43,282 nucleotides of DNA, taken from UHGV virus genome UHGV-0369400; one strand, 5' to 3'. This DNA comes from a virus. This document shows, piece by piece, positions 23,320 to 32,643 of this stretch. The first letter of the stretch is position 1, and each line of letters starts with the position of its first letter. A program made the position numbers and the translations under genes. The notes under the pieces were generated by a model that was not told where the DNA came from, ran no database searches, and was given only the letters and a program-made list of their open reading frames with translations.

Positions 23320-24945
23320 ATGAGGCTTACGCCAAAGCGGGAAGCGTTCGCAAAAAATTTCATAGAAAATGGCGGGAACGCAACTGATGCGGCGAGAAAA
23401 GCTGGATATAAGAAGCCTGAAGCGGAAGGATACAGACTGCTGAAAAATGCTGATGTATCAGCCTATATAGCCGAAAAGCAAGCCGAAGTGGATAAACTCA
23501 ACGGTACTGACACTATGTCTCTTGCTGACATCCAGAAGCGCCGCGCAATGATCGCACGGGGGGAAGCAAAGGATTCTTTTGGCTTTGCTCCGGCGTTTTC
23601 AGAGCAGCTAAAGGCTATGGCTGATCTGGAAAAAGCTATAGCTGTAAAGGAAGAAAAAGAAGCGCAGCAGAAGGCAGAAGAGGAAGCCAGAACGGCAAAG
23701 GAATACCACATTGATCTTGATGTGGTGGCGGATGTATTTCACCCGATGATTCGCGACATCCGGCGCGGTATGCATACGGAGTATGTGCTTCCAGGTGGGC
23801 GAGGATCTTCGAAATCGTCTTGTATATCATGCATTATCCCGGAGCTGATAAAAAAACATCCTGATATGCATGCGCTTGTGCTGCGAAAAGTCGGAAACAC
23901 CATAAAAGATTCTGTGTATGCGCAGCTACAATGGGCGATCTCAAAGCTTGGCATTGATGCAGAGTTTAAATTCAAACAATCTCCCTTTGAGATCACATAC
24001 AAGCCTACCGGTCAAAAAATCTATTTTCGAGGCGCAGATGACCCAATTAAGATCAAATCGATTAAACCGAAGTTTGGATATATCGGTATCGTATGGTTCG
24101 AGGAATTAGACCAGTTTGCCGGACCGGAAGAAGTTAGAAGTATCCAGCAGTCTGCTATACGTGGCGGCGACAAAGCATATAAGTTTAAATCATTTAACCC
24201 ACCGAGAAGCAAGATCAACTGGGCCAATAAGTATACTGTAGAGGCAGAGTTTAAAAACGCGAGCGCCGTTGTTATGCGAAGCACATACAAAGATGTCCCT
24301 GATGACTGGCTGGGAGAGGAATTTCTTAACGATGCAGAACATCTAAAAGAGGTCAATCCAAGCGCATATGAAAATGAGTATATGGGTGAAGCGAACGGAA
24401 ACGGCGGCAACGTCTTCGAATTTATCGAAGAGCGCACTATCACAGATGAAGAAATCAAAATCATGGATCGCATATATCAAGGTGTTGACTGGGGATGGTA
24501 CCCAGATAAATATGCTTTTGTAAGGATATATTACGATTCGGCGCGTGAAACCATATATTTCATAGACGAGATTTATGAAAACAAGAAAAAGAACAGCTGG
24601 ACAGCCGCCGAAATCAAACGGCGCAAATATGATGACTATGTTATAACATGCGATAGTGCAGAGCCAAAATCTGTTGAGGATTACAGAGATTCAGGGCTAC
24701 CAGCCAGAGCAGCACATAAAGGACCTGGCAGCATTGAGTACTCAATGAAGTGGTTACAAGGGAAAAAATTTGTCATGGATCCGAACAGAACGCCTAACGC
24801 TTGCAACGAATTTAAAGAGTATGAGTACGAGCGGGATAAGGACGGCAACGTCATAAGCGGATATCCAGACAAAAATAACCATCTCATTGATGCGACCCGT
24901 TACGCTACGGAATCGCTGTGGGAGAGACGGGGGAATAGTGCATAA
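23320..24945 (+). CDS. terL: Terminase: N-terminal small-subunit-like HTH domain (~120 aa) fused to a PBSX/XtmB-type large subunit (ATPase + nuclease).
   Basis: N-terminus MRLTPKREAFAKNFIENGGNATDAARKAGYKKPEAEGYRLLKN matches the small-subunit DNA-binding domain. A Walker A (LPGGRGSSKSS) and the large-subunit core follow. It is one uninterrupted 541-aa ORF. Confidence 0.75.
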   Translation: MRLTPKREAFAKNFIENGGNATDAARKAGYKKPEAEGYRLLKNADVSAYIAEKQAEVDKLNGTDTMSLADIQKRRAMIARGEAKDSFGFAPAFSEQLKAMADLEKAIAVKEEKEAQQKAEEEARTAKEYHIDLDVVADVFHPMIRDIRRGMHTEYVLPGGRGSSKSSCISCIIPELIKKHPDMHALVLRKVGNTIKDSVYAQLQWAISKLGIDAEFKFKQSPFEITYKPTGQKIYFRGADDPIKIKSIKPKFGYIGIVWFEELDQFAGPEEVRSIQQSAIRGGDKAYKFKSFNPPRSKINWANKYTVEAEFKNASAVVMRSTYKDVPDDWLGEEFLNDAEHLKEVNPSAYENEYMGEANGNGGNVFEFIEERTITDEEIKIMDRIYQGVDWGWYPDKYAFVRIYYDSARETIYFIDEIYENKKKNSWTAAEIKRRKYDDYVITCDSAEPKSVEDYRDSGLPARAAHKGPGSIEYSMKWLQGKKFVMDPNRTPNACNEFKEYEYERDKDGNVISGYPDKNNHLIDATRYATESLWERRGNSA

Positions 24946-26372
24946 TGGGTATATTATCAACGGTAAAAAGGTGGATTAATATGATATTTAAGCGTCAGGC
25001 AGAAAAGGCTTTTAATGTTCAATCGATTGTATCGCCAGACATGGAAAAGGCCATAAATCAATGCGCAGATGTCTACCACGGCAATCCGGAGTGGCTGGAT
25101 GATGAAGAAGGCATAAAAACAATTAATTTTGCAAAAGCCCTTTGTTCAGAGACGGCCCGCCTGGTAACCTTGGGTATCGGTATACATTTGGAAGGCAGTG
25201 CCCGGGCAGAGTGGTTGCAGCAGCAGATAGATTTGATTTATCCTAAGCTTCGTGACTGGGTGGAGTACGGATGCGCTTACGGCACTGTGTTTTTAAAGCC
25301 AAACGGCACAAGCCTAGACGTTTTTACTCCTGCGGATGTCTTACTGGTAGACTATGACAACCTGGGAGTACGGGAGATTATATTTAAAGATACTTATCAG
25401 TCTGGGAAAAAGTGGTACACCAGGTTAGAACATCATCGCTTTGTTGAGACAGAGATGGACGGTGCAATGTTGCGCCCGTACTATATCAGCAATCGGGCAT
25501 ATGTTTCAAAATCAACGGACAGTATAGGAGATCCGATACCGCTAACACAGACTAAATGGGCGGACATGGCAGCAGACACGCCGCCAATCCTTAAGGCGTC
25601 AGGAGAGCCACTTGATAAGCCTATGTTTGGCATCTTGCGCACACCGCAAGCCAATAACGTAGACATATCTTCTCCTATGGGACTTCCAATCTTCAGAGAA
25701 GCGCTGGAAGAGTTGAAAGATCTTGATATAGCATACAGCCGGAATGCGGGTGAGATTTTTGACAGTCAGAAAATCATACTGGCGGATGATCGATTACTGT
25801 ATGAAAGTGGAAAAAACATTAAGCACAGAGGCCCTGCAGATGTGAAGGGACTTCCGCACTATGTTAAAAATGTGTTTGGCAACGATCAAAAAGAGTTTTA
25901 TCAGGAGATCAACCCTCAGCTTAATACGGATACCAGAGTAAAAGGCATCAACAATCTGTTAAGTCAGATAGGATACAAGGCCGGATTTGCAAATGGGTAC
26001 TTTGTATTTAACCAGTCATCGGGCATCCAGACGGCTACAGGAGTGGAAGCAGATCAGCAGCGTACCGTACAATTCATTAAGGACGTGCGTGATCAGCTGG
26101 AGTCATGTCTGGATGATACACTATATGCGCTTAACGTGTATGCGGACCTGTATGGCCTGGCACCTGTCGGTACATATGATGTGACCTATGATTTTGGTGA
26201 TATCCTTTATGACCGCGAAGCAGATCGCAGCCGCTGGTGGCAGTACGTAATGCAAGGAAAGGTCCCGGCGTGGTTATATTTTACAAAATTCGAGGGCATG
26301 ACCGAGGAGGATGCAAAAGCGATGGTTGAAGAAGCCCGGCCAGATGAAAAAAGGCTGTTTGATGAAGAGTAG
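24945..26372 (+). CDS. Portal protein (475 aa).
   Basis: Position immediately after the terminase (ATGA overlap) and the size fit. The C-terminus is acidic. Confidence 0.7.
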   Translation: MGILSTVKRWINMIFKRQAEKAFNVQSIVSPDMEKAINQCADVYHGNPEWLDDEEGIKTINFAKALCSETARLVTLGIGIHLEGSARAEWLQQQIDLIYPKLRDWVEYGCAYGTVFLKPNGTSLDVFTPADVLLVDYDNLGVREIIFKDTYQSGKKWYTRLEHHRFVETEMDGAMLRPYYISNRAYVSKSTDSIGDPIPLTQTKWADMAADTPPILKASGEPLDKPMFGILRTPQANNVDISSPMGLPIFREALEELKDLDIAYSRNAGEIFDSQKIILADDRLLYESGKNIKHRGPADVKGLPHYVKNVFGNDQKEFYQEINPQLNTDTRVKGINNLLSQIGYKAGFANGYFVFNQSSGIQTATGVEADQQRTVQFIKDVRDQLESCLDDTLYALNVYADLYGLAPVGTYDVTYDFGDILYDREADRSRWWQYVMQGKVPAWLYFTKFEGMTEEDAKAMVEEARPDEKRLFDEE

Positions 26373-26382
26373 GTGAAAGACC

Positions 26383-27600
26383 ATGCTGACACCAGATTAT
26401 CTAAAAAGGGTAGCAGAGGGCAGTGAAGCTATAGCATCATCACTGCATAATTATATCATTGGACGACTCATAGAAGCAGTCATGATTCGTTTGGGGCGTG
26501 GAGAAGACTATTTATTTACTTCCTCAGACCGCTGGCGTATCCAGGTGCTACAAGACGCTGGTTATCTTTTACAGGATATCATGCAGGAGATTGCACAGCA
26601 CACACACTTACAGAAAAAAGAGATAGCCGAGGCGATGGAAGAGGCAGAGATAAAAGCGGTTAAGTATGACAACTCTGTGTATGCTTCGGCCGGGATTACA
26701 GAGGAAGCATTGGAACTATCTCCTGTAATTACGCGGATCTTGCAAAGAGATTACGAAGCGACTGTAGGTGAGTGGTCAAACATGACAAGGACAACCGCAG
26801 AAGCCGCGCAGAGCCTTTTTATAAGCGAGTGCGATAACGCTTATCATAAAGTTATGACCGGCGCTGTATCATACACACAGGCAGTAAGAGAAGCGGTTGA
26901 CATTATCGCTCAGAATGGCGTAACTGTGAAATACCCAACAGGCCATAGAGACACGATTGAGACGGCCACGGCGCGAGCGGTGCGCACCGGAATCGCCCAG
27001 GCGGCCGGTGATATATCTATGGAGCGCATGAAGGAACAGGAGTGGGATATAATCCTTGTATCGGCACATATTGGGGCACGAACGGGAGACGGCGGGCAGA
27101 ATCCAGGCAATCATCTGTGGTGGCAAGGACAGTTTTACAGCCGGACAGGGCAAGACAAACGATACCCTCCATTTTCTGTGACTGGATACGGGACAGGAGA
27201 AGGGTTAAGCGGCTGGAACTGCCGCCACAGTTTTGGCCCTGGTGACGGAGTAAACAACCCGTATAAGGATATAGAGACAGAGGACAATGTAAGGCTGGAA
27301 AAGTTAGAGCAGAGGCAGCGAGCATTAGAGCGAAGAATCAGAAAGACAAAGCAAATGGTTATGGGCTTGCAAACGGCTGTAGACACCTGCAATGATGATG
27401 CACTGAGGATAGAGCTACAAGAGGAGTTAGATCGAAAGTCGTATCTTTTACAGAGGCAGAACCGGGCGTACAATGATTTTTGCAAAGCCAATGACTTACG
27501 CATACTGGATGACCGCCTCAGAATTGCCAAATGGGGAAGAGAACAGGCGGCAAAGGCGCGAGGAGCGGCAAAAAGATATGCGTATTTGAAGAAAGGATAA
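26383..27600 (+). CDS. Minor head / head morphogenesis protein (Mu F-like / SPP1 gp7-like) with a C-terminal coiled coil.
   Basis: Position after the portal, 405 aa. The conserved GWNCRHS region is typical of the Phage_Mu_F domain. Confidence 0.6.
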   Translation: MLTPDYLKRVAEGSEAIASSLHNYIIGRLIEAVMIRLGRGEDYLFTSSDRWRIQVLQDAGYLLQDIMQEIAQHTHLQKKEIAEAMEEAEIKAVKYDNSVYASAGITEEALELSPVITRILQRDYEATVGEWSNMTRTTAEAAQSLFISECDNAYHKVMTGAVSYTQAVREAVDIIAQNGVTVKYPTGHRDTIETATARAVRTGIAQAAGDISMERMKEQEWDIILVSAHIGARTGDGGQNPGNHLWWQGQFYSRTGQDKRYPPFSVTGYGTGEGLSGWNCRHSFGPGDGVNNPYKDIETEDNVRLEKLEQRQRALERRIRKTKQMVMGLQTAVDTCNDDALRIELQEELDRKSYLLQRQNRAYNDFCKANDLRILDDRLRIAKWGREQAAKARGAAKRYAYLKKG

Positions 27601-27604
27601 TGCT

Positions 27605-28000
27605 ATGAAATATGATGTTGAGTGGGAGTATTACAATCCGAATCCAGCCGGTAAGCGCGTAGGTGACTGCGTTATCCGGGCCATCTGTAAGGCAACAGGG
27701 CAGGACTGGGAAACGGTTTTCTCCGGCATCATGGTAAAGGCTTGTATGCTGTCGGATATGCCAAGTGCTAATTACGTATGGGGTGCATATCTAAAAGAAA
27801 AGGGATATCGACGGCATATGATAGACGATCATACCCAAAACATCTATACAGTAGCTGATTTTTGCACGGAACATCAGCATGGGACGTACATACTTTGCAT
27901 TGATGGCCATGTTGTTTGTGTGCAGGACGGCCATATATACGATACCTGGGATAGTGGAGGAGAAATTCCTATATATTACTGGGAGAAAGATTATAACTAA
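27605..28000 (+). CDS. Hypothetical protein (131 aa) with a possible Cys-His-Asp papain-like triad.
   Basis: GDCVIRAICKATG ... CIDGHVVCVQDGHIYDTWD. The call is speculative. Confidence 0.3.
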   Translation: MKYDVEWEYYNPNPAGKRVGDCVIRAICKATGQDWETVFSGIMVKACMLSDMPSANYVWGAYLKEKGYRRHMIDDHTQNIYTVADFCTEHQHGTYILCIDGHVVCVQDGHIYDTWDSGGEIPIYYWEKDYN

Positions 28001-28010
28001 GGAGTATACG

Positions 28011-28352
28011 ATGGAAATGATTATACAGTACATAACAGCAAACTGGGTATCATGGCTGCTTGGCCTTATATCAGTAGTACTTTCAAGAGCATATCATAAA
28101 TTGGCTAAACAGCTTAAGACGGAACGTGCTAGGACAAACGCTATTAATGCGGGAGTTCTGGCGCTTCTCCATGATCGGCTTTATCAGGCTTGTACGTTTT
28201 ACTTAAAGCGTAAGTACTGCACATTGGAAGACAGAGACAATCTTGAGTATATGTTTCGGCCATACAAGACACTTGGAGGTAATGGAACAGGTGAGGACCT
28301 TTATAACAGGTGCTTGGCTCTGCCATATGAACCGATAGAAAGTGAGGGGTAA
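28011..28352 (+). CDS. Single-pass membrane protein (113 aa).
   Basis: AAGGAG RBS. N-terminal TM helix (WVSWLLGLISVVL). Confidence 0.4.
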   Translation: MEMIIQYITANWVSWLLGLISVVLSRAYHKLAKQLKTERARTNAINAGVLALLHDRLYQACTFYLKRKYCTLEDRDNLEYMFRPYKTLGGNGTGEDLYNRCLALPYEPIESEG

Positions 28353-28363
28353 TAAATCTTATC

Positions 28364-28570
28364 TTGAAAGTGTATGATTTTACAGTACCGGAGCTAAACC
28401 ACTTCCGGCAACTTGCGAATTTTACACCAGAGGAAAGAGCTTTATTTGAATACCGAGCCGCAGGCGTGCCAATGGAGATCTGCGCAGAAAACATGAATGT
28501 GAGCTTATCCACTGCAAAGCGGATTAGCCGCCGGGTAAACGCAAAAATAACGCGTGTGCTACTTTATTAA
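28364..28570 (+). CDS. Sigma-70 region-4-like HTH protein (68 aa). Candidate transcription regulator.
   Basis: FTPEERALFEYRAAGVPMEICAENMNVSLSTAKRISRRV resembles a sigma r4.2 HTH. Confidence 0.45.
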   Translation: MKVYDFTVPELNHFRQLANFTPEERALFEYRAAGVPMEICAENMNVSLSTAKRISRRVNAKITRVLLY

Positions 28571-28691
28571 GTCTTTGACGACCTGTCAGGGACTTATTTT
28601 TTTTGCAAAAATACAGGTATGGAAGACGAAATAGAAATACCTATAGTAACCGACTACCGTGACATTTTAAAGTTTTTGGAGGGAATTGAAC

Positions 28692-29177
28692 ATGGCAATA
28701 TATCCAAATGCCCCCATGTATCAGCCATATCAGGCATACCAGGACAGAATTGCACAAATGAACCAATATCAGCCCACGCCACAACCTTTGGCAACACCAG
28801 CGCCAGCAAATAATCAGGGTATTTTATGGGTACAGGGCGAGACAGGCGCTAAGTCCTATCTTGTAGCACCGGGATCAAGTGTGCTGCTGATGGACAGTGA
28901 AGCTGAGCGATTTTATATCAAATCTACGGACGTATCTGGCATGCCTCAGCCGCTTCGCATTTTTGAGTACCATGAGATCAACAGCAAAATGCCGCAGAAA
29001 CGGCAAGAAACTGTTACGGCTGACATTTATGTAACCAGAGAAGAGTACCAAGATCTTTTTAATAAATATAACGAAATTTTAAATAGGCTCAACTCATTTT
29101 CCACAAGTGTGGAGCCTGGTGGAGCCTCTTCCAAAACAGAAAACCGCAGAGCAAAAGGAGGTACAGCAAATGAGTAA
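28692..29177 (+). CDS. Low-complexity protein, P/Q/Y-rich N-terminus (161 aa).
   Basis: GGAGGG RBS. N-terminus reads PMYQPYQAYQDRIAQMNQYQPTPQPLATPAP. Confidence 0.4.
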   Translation: MAIYPNAPMYQPYQAYQDRIAQMNQYQPTPQPLATPAPANNQGILWVQGETGAKSYLVAPGSSVLLMDSEAERFYIKSTDVSGMPQPLRIFEYHEINSKMPQKRQETVTADIYVTREEYQDLFNKYNEILNRLNSFSTSVEPGGASSKTENRRAKGGTANE

Positions 29178-29385
29178 CCCGCTTTTTCAGATGCTTGGCA
29201 GGCCGCAGGGCAACGGCCCTATGCAAATGATGCAGCAATTTATGCAGTTTAAACAAAACTTTAAAGGGGACCCTAAAGCAGAAGTACAGAAGATGCTGCA
29301 ATCTGGACGGATATCACAGGCACAACTTAATCAGGTGCAGCAGATGGCGCAGCAGTTCCAGAGCATGCTGCGTGGAATGAAGTAG
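29171..29385 (+). CDS. Q/M-rich small protein (71 aa).
   Basis: AAAGGAGG RBS before ATG 29171. Confidence 0.4.
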
Positions 29386-29434
29386 TACATTATCCTGGCC
29401 AGGAATGTAAATAAAAATTAAAGGAGATATCAAA

Positions 29435-30208
29435 ATGGATGGAAATTATAGCTTAGCCGATATTGCGGCAGCTACTGGTAACAGTAGAAATAATGACGGC
29501 ATGTTTGGTGGAGATGGTAGCTGGTGGATTATTGTTTTATTCATTTTCGCATTCTGTGGATGGGGAAACAACGGCTGGGGCAATAATGGAAACTGCGGCG
29601 GATATGTAGCCACAGCAGCTACTCAGGCGGATATTCAGAGAGGATTCGATAATTCTGCCGTAATCAGCAAACTTGATGGAATCAATAACGGTCTCTGTGA
29701 TGGATTCTACGCAGTGAACAACGGTATGCTTACCGGTTTTAACGGAATCAACACCAATATCATGCAGACCGGCTTTGGAATCCAGCAGGCTATTAATGCC
29801 GATACTGTAGCCAATATGCAGAACACCAACGCGCTCCAGACACAGATTTCGAACTGCTGCTGTGAGACACGGGAAGCAATCCAGGGCGTGAACTACAACA
29901 TGGCACAGAACACCTGCGCATTACAGAACACCATGAACAGCAACACCAGAGACATTATTGACAGCCAGAATGCCGGAACCAGAGCTATTCTGGATTACCT
30001 GTGCAACGAGAAGATTTCCAGTCTCCAGGCTGAAAACAATGATCTCAGACGTGCTGCATCTCAGGATCGTCAGAGTGCATTACTTACTACCGCTATGGCA
30101 GCACAGACCCAGCAGCTTATTAATGCGATTAATCCGGCACCGATTCCGGCATACCAGGTGCCGAACCCGAACGTATATTACGGTTGCAATACGGGCTGTA
30201 ACTGCTGA
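29435..30208 (+). CDS. N/Q/C-rich membrane-anchored protein (257 aa) of unknown function.
   Basis: AAAGGAG RBS. N-terminal TM helix (WWIIVLFIFAFCGW), GWGNNGWGNNGNCGG repeat, CCC and a C-terminal CNTGCNC motif. Confidence 0.45.
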   Translation: MDGNYSLADIAAATGNSRNNDGMFGGDGSWWIIVLFIFAFCGWGNNGWGNNGNCGGYVATAATQADIQRGFDNSAVISKLDGINNGLCDGFYAVNNGMLTGFNGINTNIMQTGFGIQQAINADTVANMQNTNALQTQISNCCCETREAIQGVNYNMAQNTCALQNTMNSNTRDIIDSQNAGTRAILDYLCNEKISSLQAENNDLRRAASQDRQSALLTTAMAAQTQQLINAINPAPIPAYQVPNPNVYYGCNTGCNC

Positions 30209-30347
30209 CAACAACATCATATCTGTATCTTCCAACCCATATTCCTGACATCGGCAATATGGTTGGATGTTCGGCGCAATGCCGGTATTACGCAAATCGG
30301 CAGGCTTAGACCTGCCTTTTTGCGATATGAAAAAGGAGAAAACAATA

Positions 30348-30769
30348 TGGCTGAATATGTAGCTGTTGCCGCTCAGGAAGTGGCAGCGAACGGAAACGTG
30401 GTGTATACCAACACTGCTGTAAAAGGAACTGCATGCGTGCAGCACCGGGAAGGCAGCGGCATTGTTACCCTCAGAGGAATGACTAATCAGTGCAAGGCTC
30501 GCTATTTTGTGGACTTTTTTGCGAATATAGCAGTGCCGACCGGAGGAACCGCGGGAGAAATTTCTCTTGCTATAGCAATCGGCGGCGAGCCTGTCTTATC
30601 GTCCCAGATGATTTCCACACCGACCGCGGTAGAAGCGTTTAACAACGTATCTGCCGGAATCTTTATTGATGTGCCGCGCGGATGCTGCTTTAATGTTGCG
30701 GTAGAGAATACCAGTACCCAGGCTATCACCGTAGCAAATGCAAATCTTGTGGTAACACGGGTAGCATAA
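30348..30769 (+). CDS. Hypothetical beta-rich protein (140 aa) with a C-terminal CC motif.
   Basis: AAAGGAG RBS. Ala/Val/Thr-rich. Confidence 0.4.
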
Positions 30770-30778
30770 GGAGGTGGG

Positions 30779-31321
30779 ATGATGAGAGATATTAAAGATT
30801 TATGTGCACGTATTGAAGATGAGATATCTAACATTGCTGAAAAAGGCCTCACCTCCGGCAATCTGGACACGGCTTTTAAGCTGATTGATATGTATAAAGA
30901 CATTAAAAACACAGAGTATTGGGATAAAAAGGGCGAGTATTATATGACCGTTTTGGAACAGATGCGTGTAGGTGACTACAGCGAGCGCCGCGGACGTGAT
31001 AACATGGGGCGTTATAGCGCTTCTGATGGCCGAATGCCAGATTATGACCGCGGATCATCCTATATGCGCCGTGGTGAGCATTATGTGCGTGGACATTACA
31101 GCCGGATCGATGGACGGGATGCTTATGATGATTACATGACTCAAAAGCAAAGCTACCGATCCGGAAAATCAGAGGACTGTAAGCGTAAAATGCTGGCCGC
31201 ATTAGAGGAACACTTGGATGGGCTTACGGCAGAAATCGGTGATATGTCAAAGGACGCAGAATGCCGCGAAGAACGCGATCTTGTGAAGCGCTATGTGGAT
31301 AAGCTTAGAGATATGCTGTAG
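30779..31321 (+). CDS. R/Y/D/G-rich low-complexity protein (180 aa).
   Basis: GGAGGTGGG RBS. Repetitive RRGRDNMGRYSASDGRMPDYDRGSSYMRRGEHYVRGHYSRIDGRDAYDDY segment. Confidence 0.4.
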   Translation: MMRDIKDLCARIEDEISNIAEKGLTSGNLDTAFKLIDMYKDIKNTEYWDKKGEYYMTVLEQMRVGDYSERRGRDNMGRYSASDGRMPDYDRGSSYMRRGEHYVRGHYSRIDGRDAYDDYMTQKQSYRSGKSEDCKRKMLAALEEHLDGLTAEIGDMSKDAECREERDLVKRYVDKLRDML

Positions 31322-31648
31322 ATGTGTGGACAAGGCACTTATAGATAAATGGTAGAATGTAGATGTGAAGAGGATTGGTTACTTTTCATGGTTTTCTCAC
31401 ACACCTCCCGCGCACGTCCTTAATATAAACAGGCCATTCCTGGAGGTTGAAAAGCGGATGAAATTTCCGGCGTGCGCTTGCCAGATCAAAATTCAAGTGC
31501 TTTGACTGGCCTTGAATTTCCTCCTTTCACCTCGTAGCTGATAGGCTGTTAATGCGGCTTACGACCGCAGCGAGGATTCCGCTGCTATAAGCAGAGTTTT
31601 TCTTTTCCCCTTGTAAATGCCTGGTATGTAATCATGCCAGGCATTTTA

Positions 31649-31722
31649 GGACCGCTAGCTCAGCTGGTCAGAGCGCCCGGCTCATAACCGGGTGGTCCGG
31701 GGTTCAAGTCCCTGGCGGTCCA
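31649..31722 (+). tRNA. tRNA-Met (anticodon CAT; elongator type, or Ile2 if lysidinylated).
   Basis: Manual cloverleaf: GGACCGC acceptor, GCTC/GAGC D-stem, CCCGG-CTCATAA-CCGGG anticodon arm, CGGGG-TTCAAGT-CCCTG T-arm, 74 nt. There is no C1:A72 mismatch, so it is not an initiator. Confidence 0.7.
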
Positions 31723-31726
31723 TTTT

Positions 31727-31798
31727 GCTGGTATAGTTCAATGGAAGAACAATTGACTTGTAATCAATATGTTGTCGGTTCAAGTCCGGCTATCAGCT
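31727..31798 (+). tRNA. tRNA-Thr (anticodon TGT).
   Basis: Manual cloverleaf: GCTGGTA acceptor, GTTC/GAAC D-stem, ATTGA-CTTGTAA-TCAAT anticodon arm, GTCGG-TTCAAGT-CCGGC T-arm, 72 nt. Confidence 0.65.
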
Positions 31799-31870
31799 TT
31801 CGGCATTGCCAAGCGGTTAAGGCATGAGACTTTGACTCTCATAGCGCTGGTTCGAATCCGGCTGCCGGAG
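31799..31870 (+). tRNA. tRNA-Gln (anticodon TTG) with a U1:A72 pair.
   Basis: GCCAAGCGGTTAAGGC D-arm as in bacterial tRNA-Gln. TGAGA-CTTTGAC-TCTCA anticodon arm. GCTGG-TTCGAAT-CCGGC T-arm. It abuts tRNA-Thr with no spacer. Confidence 0.5.
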
Positions 31871-31946
31871 TTACCCCGCCCGTGGTCTATCGGGCTTAAT
31901 CCATTACCTGCGGCGGCAGGTCAATAAACACGGCCAGGAGGATACT

Positions 31947-32582
31947 ATGCAGAAACTCATTGAAACACTCAAATCATTTGGTATTGACATTCCAGAAGAT
32001 AAGCAGGCAGATGTAAAAAAGGCATTGTCTGAGCATTACAAGAATGCCGGAGAAGTTTCTAAAACACTGTCAAAGGTCGAAAGGGAGCGTGACAGTTGGA
32101 AGGAACGGGCAGAGACAGCAGAAGCTACACTCAAAAGCTTTGATGGCATTGATCCAGAGAACGTCAAGGCAGAGGTCGACACATGGAAGCAAAAAGCAGC
32201 AGATGCAGAGAAAAATTTTAACAATAAAATTTATGAAAGAGATTTTGCTGATGCTCTTAAATCTGCACTGGAAGATGTTAAATTCTCTTCCGAGGCTGCT
32301 AAAAAGGCTGTTATGGCAGACATCAAAGACGCCGGTCTTAAGCTTAAGGATGGAAAGATACTGGGGCTTAATGATCTGCTGGATCAGATGAAAAAAGACG
32401 ATGCGTCTGCATTTGTTGATGAAGATCAGCAGACCGCTATGCAGAACCAGGCGAGATTTACAACGGGGATAACCCGCAATAATCATCCGGGTGGAAAGAT
32501 GACCAAAAAAGAAATCATGGACATTAAAGATGCAAGCGAACGACAGGCTGCGATTGCAAGCAACATGTCACTGTTTGAGTGA
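31947..32582 (+). CDS. Scaffolding protein (211 aa, coiled coil).
   Basis: AGGAGG RBS. K/E/A-rich helical sequence immediately upstream of the major capsid gene. Confidence 0.6.
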   Translation: MQKLIETLKSFGIDIPEDKQADVKKALSEHYKNAGEVSKTLSKVERERDSWKERAETAEATLKSFDGIDPENVKAEVDTWKQKAADAEKNFNNKIYERDFADALKSALEDVKFSSEAAKKAVMADIKDAGLKLKDGKILGLNDLLDQMKKDDASAFVDEDQQTAMQNQARFTTGITRNNHPGGKMTKKEIMDIKDASERQAAIASNMSLFE

Positions 32583-32643
32583 TCGTTGTTAATCCAGTGA
32601 TTTGACTGGCGCCCAAATTACGGGCAGAAAGGGCTTAACTTTT

